From the NCBI GenBank assembly GCA_965214775.1, contig OZ243974.1, forward strand, positions 1,312,001-1,376,000: DNA of 64,000 nucleotides. The letters run 5' to 3'. Positions 1-8,496 of the stretch are shown one piece after another. This DNA is from Nitrosopumilus sp. (GTDB lineage Archaea; Thermoproteota; Nitrososphaeria; Nitrososphaerales; Nitrosopumilaceae). How positions within the stretch are numbered: position 1 is the stretch's first letter; each line of letters opens with the position of its first letter. The notes beneath the pieces were generated by a model. The model was not told the DNA's origin. It made no database searches and saw only the letters and a list, made by a program, of their open reading frames with translations. Made by a program: the position numbers and the translations under genes.

Positions 1-1
1 T

Positions 2-1495
2 ATCATCCCAATAGGCGTATTTTTTCTAGCGCTGCCGTTCTTACGCGATGATCACAGGTTCTTAATCTGGAGCATTCCTTTGTTTACGATTGCAACTCTC
101 GTATCCTCCTTTGGGTTTGAGCGTGGCATATCTTTTGATTCGCTTGGTGGAATTGTTCTTCTTACAACCACCATATTTTTGGCAATTTGCATTGTCATTC
201 AGAAAAAAAGTTCAAAGAATAAAAGACGAAACGGTCTGCTTTTTCTATCCGCCTTTCTGATTATTGGAAGTTCGTTCCTATTGGTGTCTTTTGAGTATGA
301 CCTGCTGCCCCTTCCAAGTCATAGATACATGAATGCCCTCAATCCCTTTTTAACTACCACTGATCCACTAGTTGACTCTATATCTGAGCATGCGACTACG
401 ACCCTGCAACAGTCATTTCTCTTTCATTCAGTATTGATGCTGTTTGCTGGATTGGGTGTATGGCTGTTGATTCAGAACATCCAAAAGAAAGATTCCTCAT
501 CACCTTCATTTGTTAAAAATGACATGCTCTCTTTTGCATTAATTTTGGGATTTTTTGGAGCCTATGTCAGCTCTGCGTTCATTAGATTGGAAGTCTTTGC
601 CTCTCTTTCAATCATTGTTCTTTCATCGCTAGGAATTTCATTTTTGCTCAGAGAATTTGCCTCAAGCAACAAAGTCCAAATAAAAAAATTGATTAAATTT
701 CCTTTTTTTGCAGGCCTGATCTTTTTGCTGATTGCACCCCTTGTTTATCCTGCAGACTCTAATGTCTTTTCTTTGTCCAAATCCCCTCCTACGATTCTTA
801 ACGGAGGAACAGCTTATGCAATGGCCACAAATGATTGGCCTGAAGCTCTGGATTGGATTAAGAATAACACCCCAAAGGATGCAGTAATTGCTTCTTGGTG
901 GGACTATGGATACTGGATTCAAACCTTAGGCGAGCGTGCAACCCTTGCAGATAATTCCACCTTAATCACAGAAGTAATTCAAAATATTGCACGAATCTTG
1001 CTGGGAACAAACGACGAATCCTGGAATTTATTAAATGACATGGGAGCTGACTATGTTTTAGTTTTTGTGGCTTATAACAAATTGAGCATTGGATCAACTG
1101 AACAGGAATTCTTTACTGTAACTGGTGGAGGCGACGAATCTAAAAAGCAGTGGTATATGAGAATAGCCGGCTACCCGGAATCAAAATTTGTTCATTCTGA
1201 TGGTTCAAGCGGAACTGACTATTTTTGGAATGAGACCTTGCTGGGTCAAATGTTCCCCTTTACAGTCTTGGGCTATGTCAATCCAAACGACATACAACGG
1301 CAATCATCCATATACATTCCCGGAATGATTCCCATTTATTCCAAGGATATCAAATTTCCAGAGGACGGGGATGGACCGTTAAGATTCAGATATGCCTCGC
1401 CCAGTTTCTATGATGGCAGCATCGGACCAAAAATCGGCATATTCATTTATGAGGTAAATGACGAGTATGTTCAATCGCCATCTAAGAATACTTAG
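2..1495 (+). CDS. aglB: Oligosaccharyltransferase AglB/STT3, C-terminal part (5' end lies outside the window)
   Basis: Several TM segments followed by the SWWDYGYWI motif and TLADN; the frame is open from position 2. Confidence 0.92.
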   Translation: MIPIGVFFLALPFLRDDHRFLIWSIPLFTIATLVSSFGFERGISFDSLGGIVLLTTTIFLAICIVIQKKSSKNKRRNGLLFLSAFLIIGSSFLLVSFEYDLLPLPSHRYMNALNPFLTTTDPLVDSISEHATTTLQQSFLFHSVLMLFAGLGVWLLIQNIQKKDSSSPSFVKNDMLSFALILGFFGAYVSSAFIRLEVFASLSIIVLSSLGISFLLREFASSNKVQIKKLIKFPFFAGLIFLLIAPLVYPADSNVFSLSKSPPTILNGGTAYAMATNDWPEALDWIKNNTPKDAVIASWWDYGYWIQTLGERATLADNSTLITEVIQNIARILLGTNDESWNLLNDMGADYVLVFVAYNKLSIGSTEQEFFTVTGGGDESKKQWYMRIAGYPESKFVHSDGSSGTDYFWNETLLGQMFPFTVLGYVNPNDIQRQSSIYIPGMIPIYSKDIKFPEDGDGPLRFRYASPSFYDGSIGPKIGIFIYEVNDEYVQSPSKNT

Positions 1496-1637
1496 AAGCT
1501 AACCTGTATCTCATATATTTGTCGTCTGGAGAAAATTTTGCCGGATGTGCTGAAACAGTATCCTTTTGACATTTTCGGCATTGGCTTTTCAGCGTATACT
1601 GGTTGCAATTGGGACATTTTCTTAATTGAAATTTCAA
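1482..1637 (-). CDS. nop10: H/ACA RNP protein Nop10
   Basis: RKCPNCNQYTL...C..C...TVSAHPAKFSPDDKY..YR motif; TTG start at 1637 directly after the aIF2-alpha stop. Confidence 0.9.
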   Translation of the reverse strand: MKFQLRKCPNCNQYTLKSQCRKCQKDTVSAHPAKFSPDDKYMRYRLASKYS

Positions 1638-1638
1638 G

Positions 1639-2436
1639 CTAGTCCTCTCTTGTTTTCCTGGATTCCTCCCTAGTAAAACTAAACGTCCCCTTTTTCTTTT
1701 CAATGCTGGATTGAATTTCTGCAATTACGGGCTTTAATGATCTTTCAGCGGATTTAAAGTCTTCAGACGTTATTGAGAGTCTGTATTTTGGCGCTCCTAG
1801 GTATGTAATATCGATAGTGGGATCTTTTTTTGCCACATCCAACAATGCTTTTTTAATAATTTCCACTCCGTCAGACTTGCTGTTTGCTATCTTCATTATT
1901 CCCCTAATTTCCACTGACGGCAGTTTTATCTTTGAGCAGATCTCTTCAATTGCACTTGCCGTCTTTTTTGGAATCTTAAGATCCTTTACCGAACCGATTC
2001 CATTTCTTCCAATTTCAATGAATGCGTCATAAACAGAATCATATTTTGAATATAATCCGTCCTCGAGTTTTTCTGTGTCTGCATCACTTAATCCTGCCTT
2101 TTCTTTCAAATTTTGTAATAGCGTCCTGCCTTTCTCGAACTTTTTAGCTTCCTTGAGCTTTTGCCTTTTCTGATCATTGGAAACCTGCTTTAGAGACAAA
2201 TCAATGTCCCCCCTGCCTGGATTCACTTTTTTTACCAGGAGGACTTTTTTCTCTCCGCTCTTGACAAATTTGCTGACAGACCTAATCCAACCGGGCGCAA
2301 TCTCTGAAATATGCAAAAATCCTTGGATTTGGTCATATTCGTCCAACGTGACATATGCTCCATGATCCATTACCTTGGAGACTGTTGCAAGAACGATCTC
2401 CCCCTGTTCTGGCATATCTTGTATTTCAATAGACAT
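1639..2436 (-). CDS. eif2a: Translation initiation factor aIF2 alpha subunit
   Basis: S1 domain (PEQGEIVLATV..V.DHGAYVTLDEY...GFLHISEIAPGWIR) and YLGAPKYRL; adjacent to nop10. Likely start 2436 (track start 2454). Confidence 0.95.
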   Translation of the reverse strand: MSIEIQDMPEQGEIVLATVSKVMDHGAYVTLDEYDQIQGFLHISEIAPGWIRSVSKFVKSGEKKVLLVKKVNPGRGDIDLSLKQVSNDQKRQKLKEAKKFEKGRTLLQNLKEKAGLSDADTEKLEDGLYSKYDSVYDAFIEIGRNGIGSVKDLKIPKKTASAIEEICSKIKLPSVEIRGIMKIANSKSDGVEIIKKALLDVAKKDPTIDITYLGAPKYRLSITSEDFKSAERSLKPVIAEIQSSIEKKKGTFSFTREESRKTRED

Positions 2437-2478
2437 TTCTTCTAAAACTCCCATCTGTGTAAATTAATGTTGCTGGTT

Positions 2479-2560
2479 GTACAACTTCAGGTCCTATTTA
2501 AACCGCCTAGGAATCTAGGAAGTATTTGCTTGCCAGTATAAATAAGACCTGAAGTTGTAC
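2479..2560. mobile_element. 82-bp MITE, family A (deletion derivative of the IS66 element at 4146-6208)
   Basis: Terminal IRs gtacaacttcaggtcctattta / taaataagacctgaagttgtac. The left ~33 bp and right ~48 bp match the two ends of 4146-6208. A near-identical copy is at 37410-37491. Confidence 0.9.
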
Positions 2561-2573
2561 GATTTTTTTGACA

Positions 2574-3379
2574 TTACAATATTCCACCGGCCATTTTGAA
2601 AACATCCCTGGGATGATCGCACGCAATGCCAAATCTTTCATAAATTTTTTCAGTAACAGTGGCTGATTTTCCGCCATAATAGTGATGAGGCGAGAAAAAT
2701 CCCGTATCTGCGAGGCTATCAGAACCGTATCTGACGCGTCTAAAGTTTCCTTGAATGTGACCGCTTGTGCCAAAATCAGCTCATCTGAATCGTTAGGTTT
2801 ACGCACAAATCTCTCCAACTGCCTGGCTTCTCGTACGACCTGCACTTTGTACGTGTCTACCACCTCGTCTTTCTGTTCTTTCTTCCATTCAGGCTCAGTC
2901 AGAATCGATTTTGATCTGCTTTTGGATTCTTTCTTTCGCCATTTTCCCCTTTGATATTTTTGTCGCCATTCATCGCGTAACTCACTCGACATCTGCCTGA
3001 CCTTTCGCAGATTTTTCTCAACCTCTTTGTTGTCCAGTTTCGGTTTTCTTAGCCTTCCAAGCAGACTTCTCATCTTATGATCTGACGAACTGACAATCCC
3101 CACTGCATCATCATAGAATTTTTCTTTGATGTCCTTGCTGACAAAGCTGTTTGGTACAAACACGTCCCTTACTGCTCTTGATAGTACTCTAAAGCATTCT
3201 GTTTTTACCTGCGGCATTGCATATCCTTCTACCGACTGTGGCGGATGAAACAGACTGAACAGTTGGACTGACTGATCATAAAACTGGTGTTTTACCACCA
3301 CGCCTAACTCATCCATGTTTTCCATTATGCTCGCCGCAACAAGTACATTTGTGTCCGGTATTACTTTTACATCTGACAT
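2574..3379 (-). pseudogene. PIN-domain nuclease-like protein with an apparent 1-bp frameshift near 2710
   Basis: N-terminal VIPDTNVLVAA and later SDELILAQA...VLIAS. The shifted frame continues DTGFFSP...IYERFGIACDHPRDVF..GGIL* (stop 2574-2576), a PIN-like C-terminus. The track ORF instead runs on into the MITE. Confidence 0.65.
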
Positions 3380-3390
3380 GTCTTAAAAGA

Positions 3391-3876
3391 CTATGAATCT
3401 AGTTTTTGCACTAGTGCTGTAAACTGCATCTTCAAACTGTCCTTGCCAAGCGCCTCTCTGCTTATCTCTAATGGTTCTATGAGATTGGCACGTGCAGCTT
3501 CGTTTCTCAGTGAATGTGTTTTGCTTAATACGTCATTAATGGCTTCTTTGTTAATCGTAAATTCCTGGGTTGCTTCTAGAATGCTGTCTATGTTTGGCAG
3601 TAGCAACATCGAATCTTCTGCAATTTTTGGATTATCATCAGCTTTTTGAGAATTTTTGAAACGGGATTCCATTTTTCCTAATATCAGTTCTACGTTACGG
3701 ACAGCCTGATAGAAATAGAATCCATCAGAATTTTCCATGTCTAGCCATTTACTCTTAATTGTATTTAGAAAAGTACGTAATGCCGTAAGATTGTCCAATA
3801 TGGAAAGATCCACCCTCCCTGTTTCTTCCATTCTCTCAAGTGATTCTTTAACTTCTACCAAAATCTGATTCTTCAT
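3391..3876 (-). CDS. Hypothetical alpha-helical protein, probably co-transcribed upstream of the PIN gene
   Basis: 161-aa ORF ending 11 bp before the PIN start; TATA-like ttataat about 25 bp upstream. Confidence 0.7.
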   Translation of the reverse strand: MKNQILVEVKESLERMEETGRVDLSILDNLTALRTFLNTIKSKWLDMENSDGFYFYQAVRNVELILGKMESRFKNSQKADDNPKIAEDSMLLLPNIDSILEATQEFTINKEAINDVLSKTHSLRNEAARANLIEPLEISREALGKDSLKMQFTALVQKLDS

Positions 3877-3930
3877 ACTTGTTCACACACGTTCCTTGCC
3901 ATTATAATACCATATCGTCTTGTTAAAGAT

Positions 3931-3952
3931 TAGACCTTATGCGTAAACGACC
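3931..3952. mobile_element. Orphan terminal repeat related to MITE family F
   Basis: tagaccttatgcgtaaacgacc resembles tagactttatgcgtaatcgacc at 61958-61979. Confidence 0.5.
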
Positions 3953-4145
3953 GGATCGAAATATTCCGACGGTGGCCGACCACACATGCAAGGCTGACGG
4001 CATCACGTAGCGTGTATAAGGGCGGCAGAGTCCGTATATCGTATATCTACGGACCGTTCCAGCTGGTAAAAACTACAATGTCGTGCGGCATCGTGTGGCG
4101 CCGCAATGCGCTCCGTGCCGTGGTATCAGAACCCACGCGTGAGCT

Positions 4146-6208
4146 GTACAACTTCAGGTCCTATTTAAAGCGCCTAGGGAACTTTTTGCCCGGAACTTTT
4201 TGATCCTTCCGCATCCGTTGTGACAGACCCGTTGCATCACCACACATCCTTTGTACATGCCAGGACCGGCGCCATGCAGGCAACACATTGACGAGTGGCA
4301 TCTGCAGGCAGTCAGGAGCCGTTGCACTCGATGCCGTTGACTGGCAGATTCAGTCGGATCCTTCGATATGAGGCTACGGGTTACGCCGTCCCGTAGGCGC
4401 CAGACGGATCAAAGTACCATCGGGGCTACGGGTACGACGGCCGTCTGGTTCCGGCGTACCGCCCCCTTGCCTGCACCTGCTGCAGGCGGCCACACCGGCG
4501 GCGGCCCGGGACACTCAAAGACGTTGTATCTTGTACCGTCCGGATCTACAAGCGAGGACAGGCGTGGTGCGTCATCCTTGGCCCTGACAAAGATGTCCCA
4601 CTCCGGATCCCGCAGGTACTCCAGGAGCGCCCTGGCAGGATGTATGCCCTGCTTGCGGCACGTCATCGAAAACGTCGACATCACGGAAAATGTCTCCCTT
4701 CCCCCGTCGGTCACGATCTTGTGGCGCGCATTGCGCTGTGGTATGATCCCGTCGCGTATGCACCGCTCGGTGTCGTTGTTGTGCAGCGGCATTCCCGGAT
4801 GCGCCGCAGACGTAAGCATGTACGGTATGGCGTTTAGCAGGTGCGTGCGCACGCGCTTGTCCACGTATGTGCTGATTATTTCGTAGGCCTGCCTGGAAAG
4901 CTCCATGCATGTAAGCGGTGCAAGCGTCCTGATTTCTTTTATCGTCCTGTAAAGTTCAAGCAGCAAATTATACCGTACCTCATCATCCCCGCCCATCCTG
5001 ACTGCAAGCTGCTCGGCATATGCCAGAAGGTGCCTCCAGCACCTCTGGATTATCTCAAAGTACATCTTGTACTGGGCCAGCCCGTCGACGACTATTGGAA
5101 CCCTGGGATCCAGCCATCCAAAGTATGTATGCAGGACATCCGAGGACCGGGACGGTGCAAAGACTACAAAGCACGCCCCCGTACAGTTGAGCACCCAGAC
5201 GTACCCCGTGTGCCCGTCGCCGCGCTTAAAGCCGGTCTCGTCCATCTGTATCCACGGCCGGGCAGCAATGAACGACTGTATGCGCTGTATCATGTTTTGC
5301 TGGAGCGCATTTGCCACCGCGTGCCGCGCACCTGTCACGGTATTTGGGGCCATCCTGAACCCGAACAGGACCCGAAAGTACTCTGCAATGTCCTCGTCGG
5401 TGTTTCCCTTCTCGGAGAACGTCGTGATTATGGAAAGCGAGAAGGGCCCGAGCGACGTTCCGCCCAGGAACGGGGTGGCCGCAACTACCTCGCCGTTGCA
5501 TTTGGGACACACGGCATTCTGGATGATGGCACTGGCAGCACGCATGCGCATGGAGTCGTCCAGGTCGTTTACAAGCTTGTTGAGCGGCTTGAGCATCCTC
5601 AGCTGGACGTCGCACTTTGGGCACGCCTTGGAGTCAAGATCGTACCTCAATGTCCTAGACGGCCGGTTGCGGTGCGATACGCCCCGGTGTCCGCACGGGG
5701 GGCCGCGCTTTTTGCCCCTGGCCGTGTCACCCGGACTGCCCCCCGGATCCTCGCCCCTTCGCTCCCTGAACTTCTTTCTGGCGTCATTATATAATGACGG
5801 CGTGGATGTGGGCATGTTAGGACTCTCGTACAGGGCAAGCCTTGCCTGAAGCTTGCTGTTCTCCTTTTTGGTGTCGGAGTTCTCCTTCTTGATGTCGGAG
5901 AGTTCCTTTTCCAGCCCGGAGATCTTCTCATCCCGCTCCATGATCATGACAAGTGCCTTTCCAAGATCCGTACAGCGTGCAGGCGCGGCTTTGGAGTCCA
6001 TGTGTACACCAAACAGGCAAGATCAAAAAAGATTCCCGTTGAAATTCTTTGACCCAGATGCCGATACTGGCACCCTTTCAAAAATTTCATGCCTGCAGTG
6101 ACTAGTCACAAATGCTTGATGCTCAGCCATGTCTGCAAGGGCATCTGATCATAAAATGCTGCCCAGGAAATGTCTGCCTGTCAGTATAAAAAGGACCTGA
6201 AGTTGTAC
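4146..6208 (-). mobile_element. IS66-family element, single-ORF type
   Basis: TIRs gtacaacttcaggtcct / aggacctgaagttgtac enclose a GC-rich transposase gene; no TSD is visible. Confidence 0.88.
4409..6001 (-). CDS. IS66-family transposase
   Basis: N-terminal coiled coil, CPKC..CPKC zinc motifs, QMDETG...GYVWV, VVDG, QRCWRHLL and PLHNNDTERCIR motifs. Confidence 0.9.
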   Translation of the reverse strand: MDSKAAPARCTDLGKALVMIMERDEKISGLEKELSDIKKENSDTKKENSKLQARLALYESPNMPTSTPSLYNDARKKFRERRGEDPGGSPGDTARGKKRGPPCGHRGVSHRNRPSRTLRYDLDSKACPKCDVQLRMLKPLNKLVNDLDDSMRMRAASAIIQNAVCPKCNGEVVAATPFLGGTSLGPFSLSIITTFSEKGNTDEDIAEYFRVLFGFRMAPNTVTGARHAVANALQQNMIQRIQSFIAARPWIQMDETGFKRGDGHTGYVWVLNCTGACFVVFAPSRSSDVLHTYFGWLDPRVPIVVDGLAQYKMYFEIIQRCWRHLLAYAEQLAVRMGGDDEVRYNLLLELYRTIKEIRTLAPLTCMELSRQAYEIISTYVDKRVRTHLLNAIPYMLTSAAHPGMPLHNNDTERCIRDGIIPQRNARHKIVTDGGRETFSVMSTFSMTCRKQGIHPARALLEYLRDPEWDIFVRAKDDAPRLSSLVDPDGTRYNVFECPGPPPVWPPAAGAGKGAVRRNQTAVVPVAPMVL

Positions 6209-6227
6209 CAACAAACTAGGTTAGACC

Positions 6228-6355
6228 GGGGTTGTCGCCTAATTCCGTCTACTTGACTCAATCTGCACATTTTTCTGAATTTCCGCCCCTTTGCACGCCT
6301 GATGCGCGTGGCATCTCAATGTTTTCAGGAATCTGATGAATTAGGCGACAACCCC
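6228..6355. mobile_element. 128-bp MITE, family B
   Basis: Perfect 18-bp TIR ggggttgtcgcctaattc; 9-bp TSD ggttagacc at 6219-6227 and 6356-6364. Confidence 0.92.
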
Positions 6356-6364
6356 GGTTAGACC

Positions 6365-6484
6365 AGTCTTTCCGAAAGTAACCGGCTCGTGGTGGTGCAG
6401 GAGGTAACATGCGGATCTGCAGGCGGCTTGGATTGAGTTGTTTTGAGCTTGAGCCGTTCGTTTTGTGGGGAACCTGGGAAGACT
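6365..6484. repeat. ~120-bp dispersed repeat / degenerate MITE, family E, copy 1
   Basis: Shares a core (cgtg..gg.gcag..gg..ac.t.cggatctgcaggc) and right end (ctggga.gact) with 10968-11087; imperfect terminal IR. Confidence 0.6.
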
Positions 6485-7026
6485 TAGAAATCAACCCCTT
6501 TTTTTGCCTTGATTCCCTTTTGAAACGGATGCTTGACCTCCTTCATTTCTGTGACCAAATCAGCAATTTCAATGACCTCCTCTCTGGCATAATTGCCTGT
6601 CAGTACAAGATCCACAAAATCAGGCCTGTTTTTTATCAAGTTTATGACATCCTCAACTTTAACCAAGCCCAGGTTAACTGCATAATTGATTTCGTCTAAA
6701 ATTACAATGTCATAGTTTCTTGACTGGATTTTTTCATTGCTGATTCTTATTGCCTCTCTTGCCATCTTTTCATGGTCTTCTTTGGGGCTTTTGTCATCAA
6801 CAATGCCAACAAATCCCTTTCCCACTGCGACCATCTCAAAATTTGGCTCTAGTTTTTTTGATGAATCCATCTCTCCGTAATGCCATGAGCCTTTGATGAA
6901 CTGTATCATGCAAATCCTCTTTTTGTATCCTAAAGCCCTCAATGCCAAACCCAATGCCGCCGTGGTTTTTCCTTTGCCCTTTCCGGTGTAAACAATAGTA
7001 AGGCCTTTTTCTTCCTTTACTGCCAC
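6484..7026 (-). CDS. cobO: Cob(I)alamin adenosyltransferase CobO/BtuR
   Basis: YTGKGKGKTTAALGLALRALG, QFIKG, ILDEIN, LVLTG and KHPF.KG..A..G.DF motifs. Confidence 0.95.
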   Translation of the reverse strand: MAVKEEKGLTIVYTGKGKGKTTAALGLALRALGYKKRICMIQFIKGSWHYGEMDSSKKLEPNFEMVAVGKGFVGIVDDKSPKEDHEKMAREAIRISNEKIQSRNYDIVILDEINYAVNLGLVKVEDVINLIKNRPDFVDLVLTGNYAREEVIEIADLVTEMKEVKHPFQKGIKAKKGVDF

Positions 7027-7116
7027 AACAATCTGTCCGGCTCTCTAACTAAAAACATTGGGCATTCTCCTCCAAACACATCAATTTAAATAAAAAAATC
7101 ATGGCTATCATGCAAA

Positions 7117-8496
7117 TTGAAAATTCCTAGAATGGTGATAGCAGGCACTACAAGCGGCGTAGGAAAAACATCCATCGCATGCTCAATCATTTATGCCCTA
7201 AAGAAGAGGGGCCTTTCTGTCCAGCCATTCAAAGTCGGACCTGATTACATCGATCCGAGCTATCTTTCAAGCATTTCAAACAACGATGCATTCAACTTGG
7301 ACGTCTGGCTGATGGGAAAAGGCAACCTGCTGTCAAGCTTTATCTTGAACTCAAAGTCAGACGTGTCTGTAATTGAGGGCGTGATGGGATACTATGATGG
7401 ATTTGGCGGAGACTCAAACCATGCAAGCACCCACCATGTGGCATCCATTACAAAATCTCCGGTAATCCTGATACTTGACGCAAGCAAAACCGCTCGCTCT
7501 ATTGCCGCAACAGCCACGGGGTTTCAGAAATTCCATAAAAATTCCAGAATTTCAGGCGTAATTCTCAACAAGATAGGCAGCAAAAAACATGAAAATCTTT
7601 GCAGGCAGGCTTTGCAAAAAACAAAATTGCCGGTATTGGGAGCCATCCCAAAAGATGCATCCACAAGTCTGAAATCTAGACATCTTGGATTATATTCCAC
7701 ATTGGAAAAAAGAACCCTGTTCAAAAAAATTGAGAGGCTATCCAAAGTTATTTCAAAAAATATTGACATTGATCAAATTATCACAATCTCAAAAAACTCT
7801 TCCTGTCTCCCTAAAAAATCTGATCATCATCGCAGTTATCGCCGTCGTACCATAATGCCTAAAGAACCAAAAACCACTATTGCAGTTGCACTGGATGCCT
7901 CGTTTAATTTCTATTATCAGGACAACCTGAAAGCACTGCAGAGGGAAGGGGCCTCGCTGGAATTCTTCAGTCCTGTAAATGACAAAAAAATTCCAGACTG
8001 CGATGGCCTGTACATTGGCGGCGGATTTCCGGAAATTTTGGGATCTAAATTATCAAAAAACCAAACTATGAAAAAACTTGTAAAAAAACTAGCCGAGGAC
8101 GACCTTCCAATTTATGCCGAGTGTGGGGGTTTGATGTATCTGACAAAATCCATCTCTTCTGAAAACAGGAATCATAAGATGGTCGGCCTGTTTGACGCTG
8201 AAACCATCATGACAAAAAAAATGAAATTAAATTATACCAAAGGAAAAATTTCAGACTCGGTCATCTCCCACAAGCCACACAAATTTCAGGGCCATGAATT
8301 CCATTACTCTGAACTAGACTCGATTCCGTCTGACTCAAAATTTGCATGCGATCTAAAAGTAGGCGACGGAATAAAAGATCACAAGGACGGACTGGTTGCA
8401 AACAACACTCTTGCATCCTATGGACACCTCTACTTTGACAGTTCTGACTATGCCGAAACTTTTGTTAAAAACTGCATGAAATACTCAAGAACCTGA
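7117..8496 (+). CDS. cbiA: Cobyrinate a,c-diamide synthase
   Basis: AGTTSGVGKT, FKVGPDYIDP, IEGVMGYYDG, AECGGLMYL and GHEFHYS motifs. Confidence 0.95.
   Translation: MKIPRMVIAGTTSGVGKTSIACSIIYALKKRGLSVQPFKVGPDYIDPSYLSSISNNDAFNLDVWLMGKGNLLSSFILNSKSDVSVIEGVMGYYDGFGGDSNHASTHHVASITKSPVILILDASKTARSIAATATGFQKFHKNSRISGVILNKIGSKKHENLCRQALQKTKLPVLGAIPKDASTSLKSRHLGLYSTLEKRTLFKKIERLSKVISKNIDIDQIITISKNSSCLPKKSDHHRSYRRRTIMPKEPKTTIAVALDASFNFYYQDNLKALQREGASLEFFSPVNDKKIPDCDGLYIGGGFPEILGSKLSKNQTMKKLVKKLAEDDLPIYAECGGLMYLTKSISSENRNHKMVGLFDAETIMTKKMKLNYTKGKISDSVISHKPHKFQGHEFHYSELDSIPSDSKFACDLKVGDGIKDHKDGLVANNTLASYGHLYFDSSDYAETFVKNCMKYSRT

Noticed and set aside
2507-2573. PIN gene truncated by, or fused to, MITE-A as the ORF track implies
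   Set aside because: A frameshift near 2710 explains the read-through better; the repaired gene stops at 2574, outside the MITE.
4368-6101. Long antisense/overlapping ORFs inside the IS66 transposase (e.g. 4841-5794, 5067-5849), and similar ones in the other IS elements
   Set aside because: Expected shadow frames of GC-rich coding DNA; no motifs recognised.
6209-6219. caacaaactag shared with ~36848 as a possible attachment site
   Set aside because: An 11-bp AT-rich match with no extension or consistent boundary; compatible with chance.
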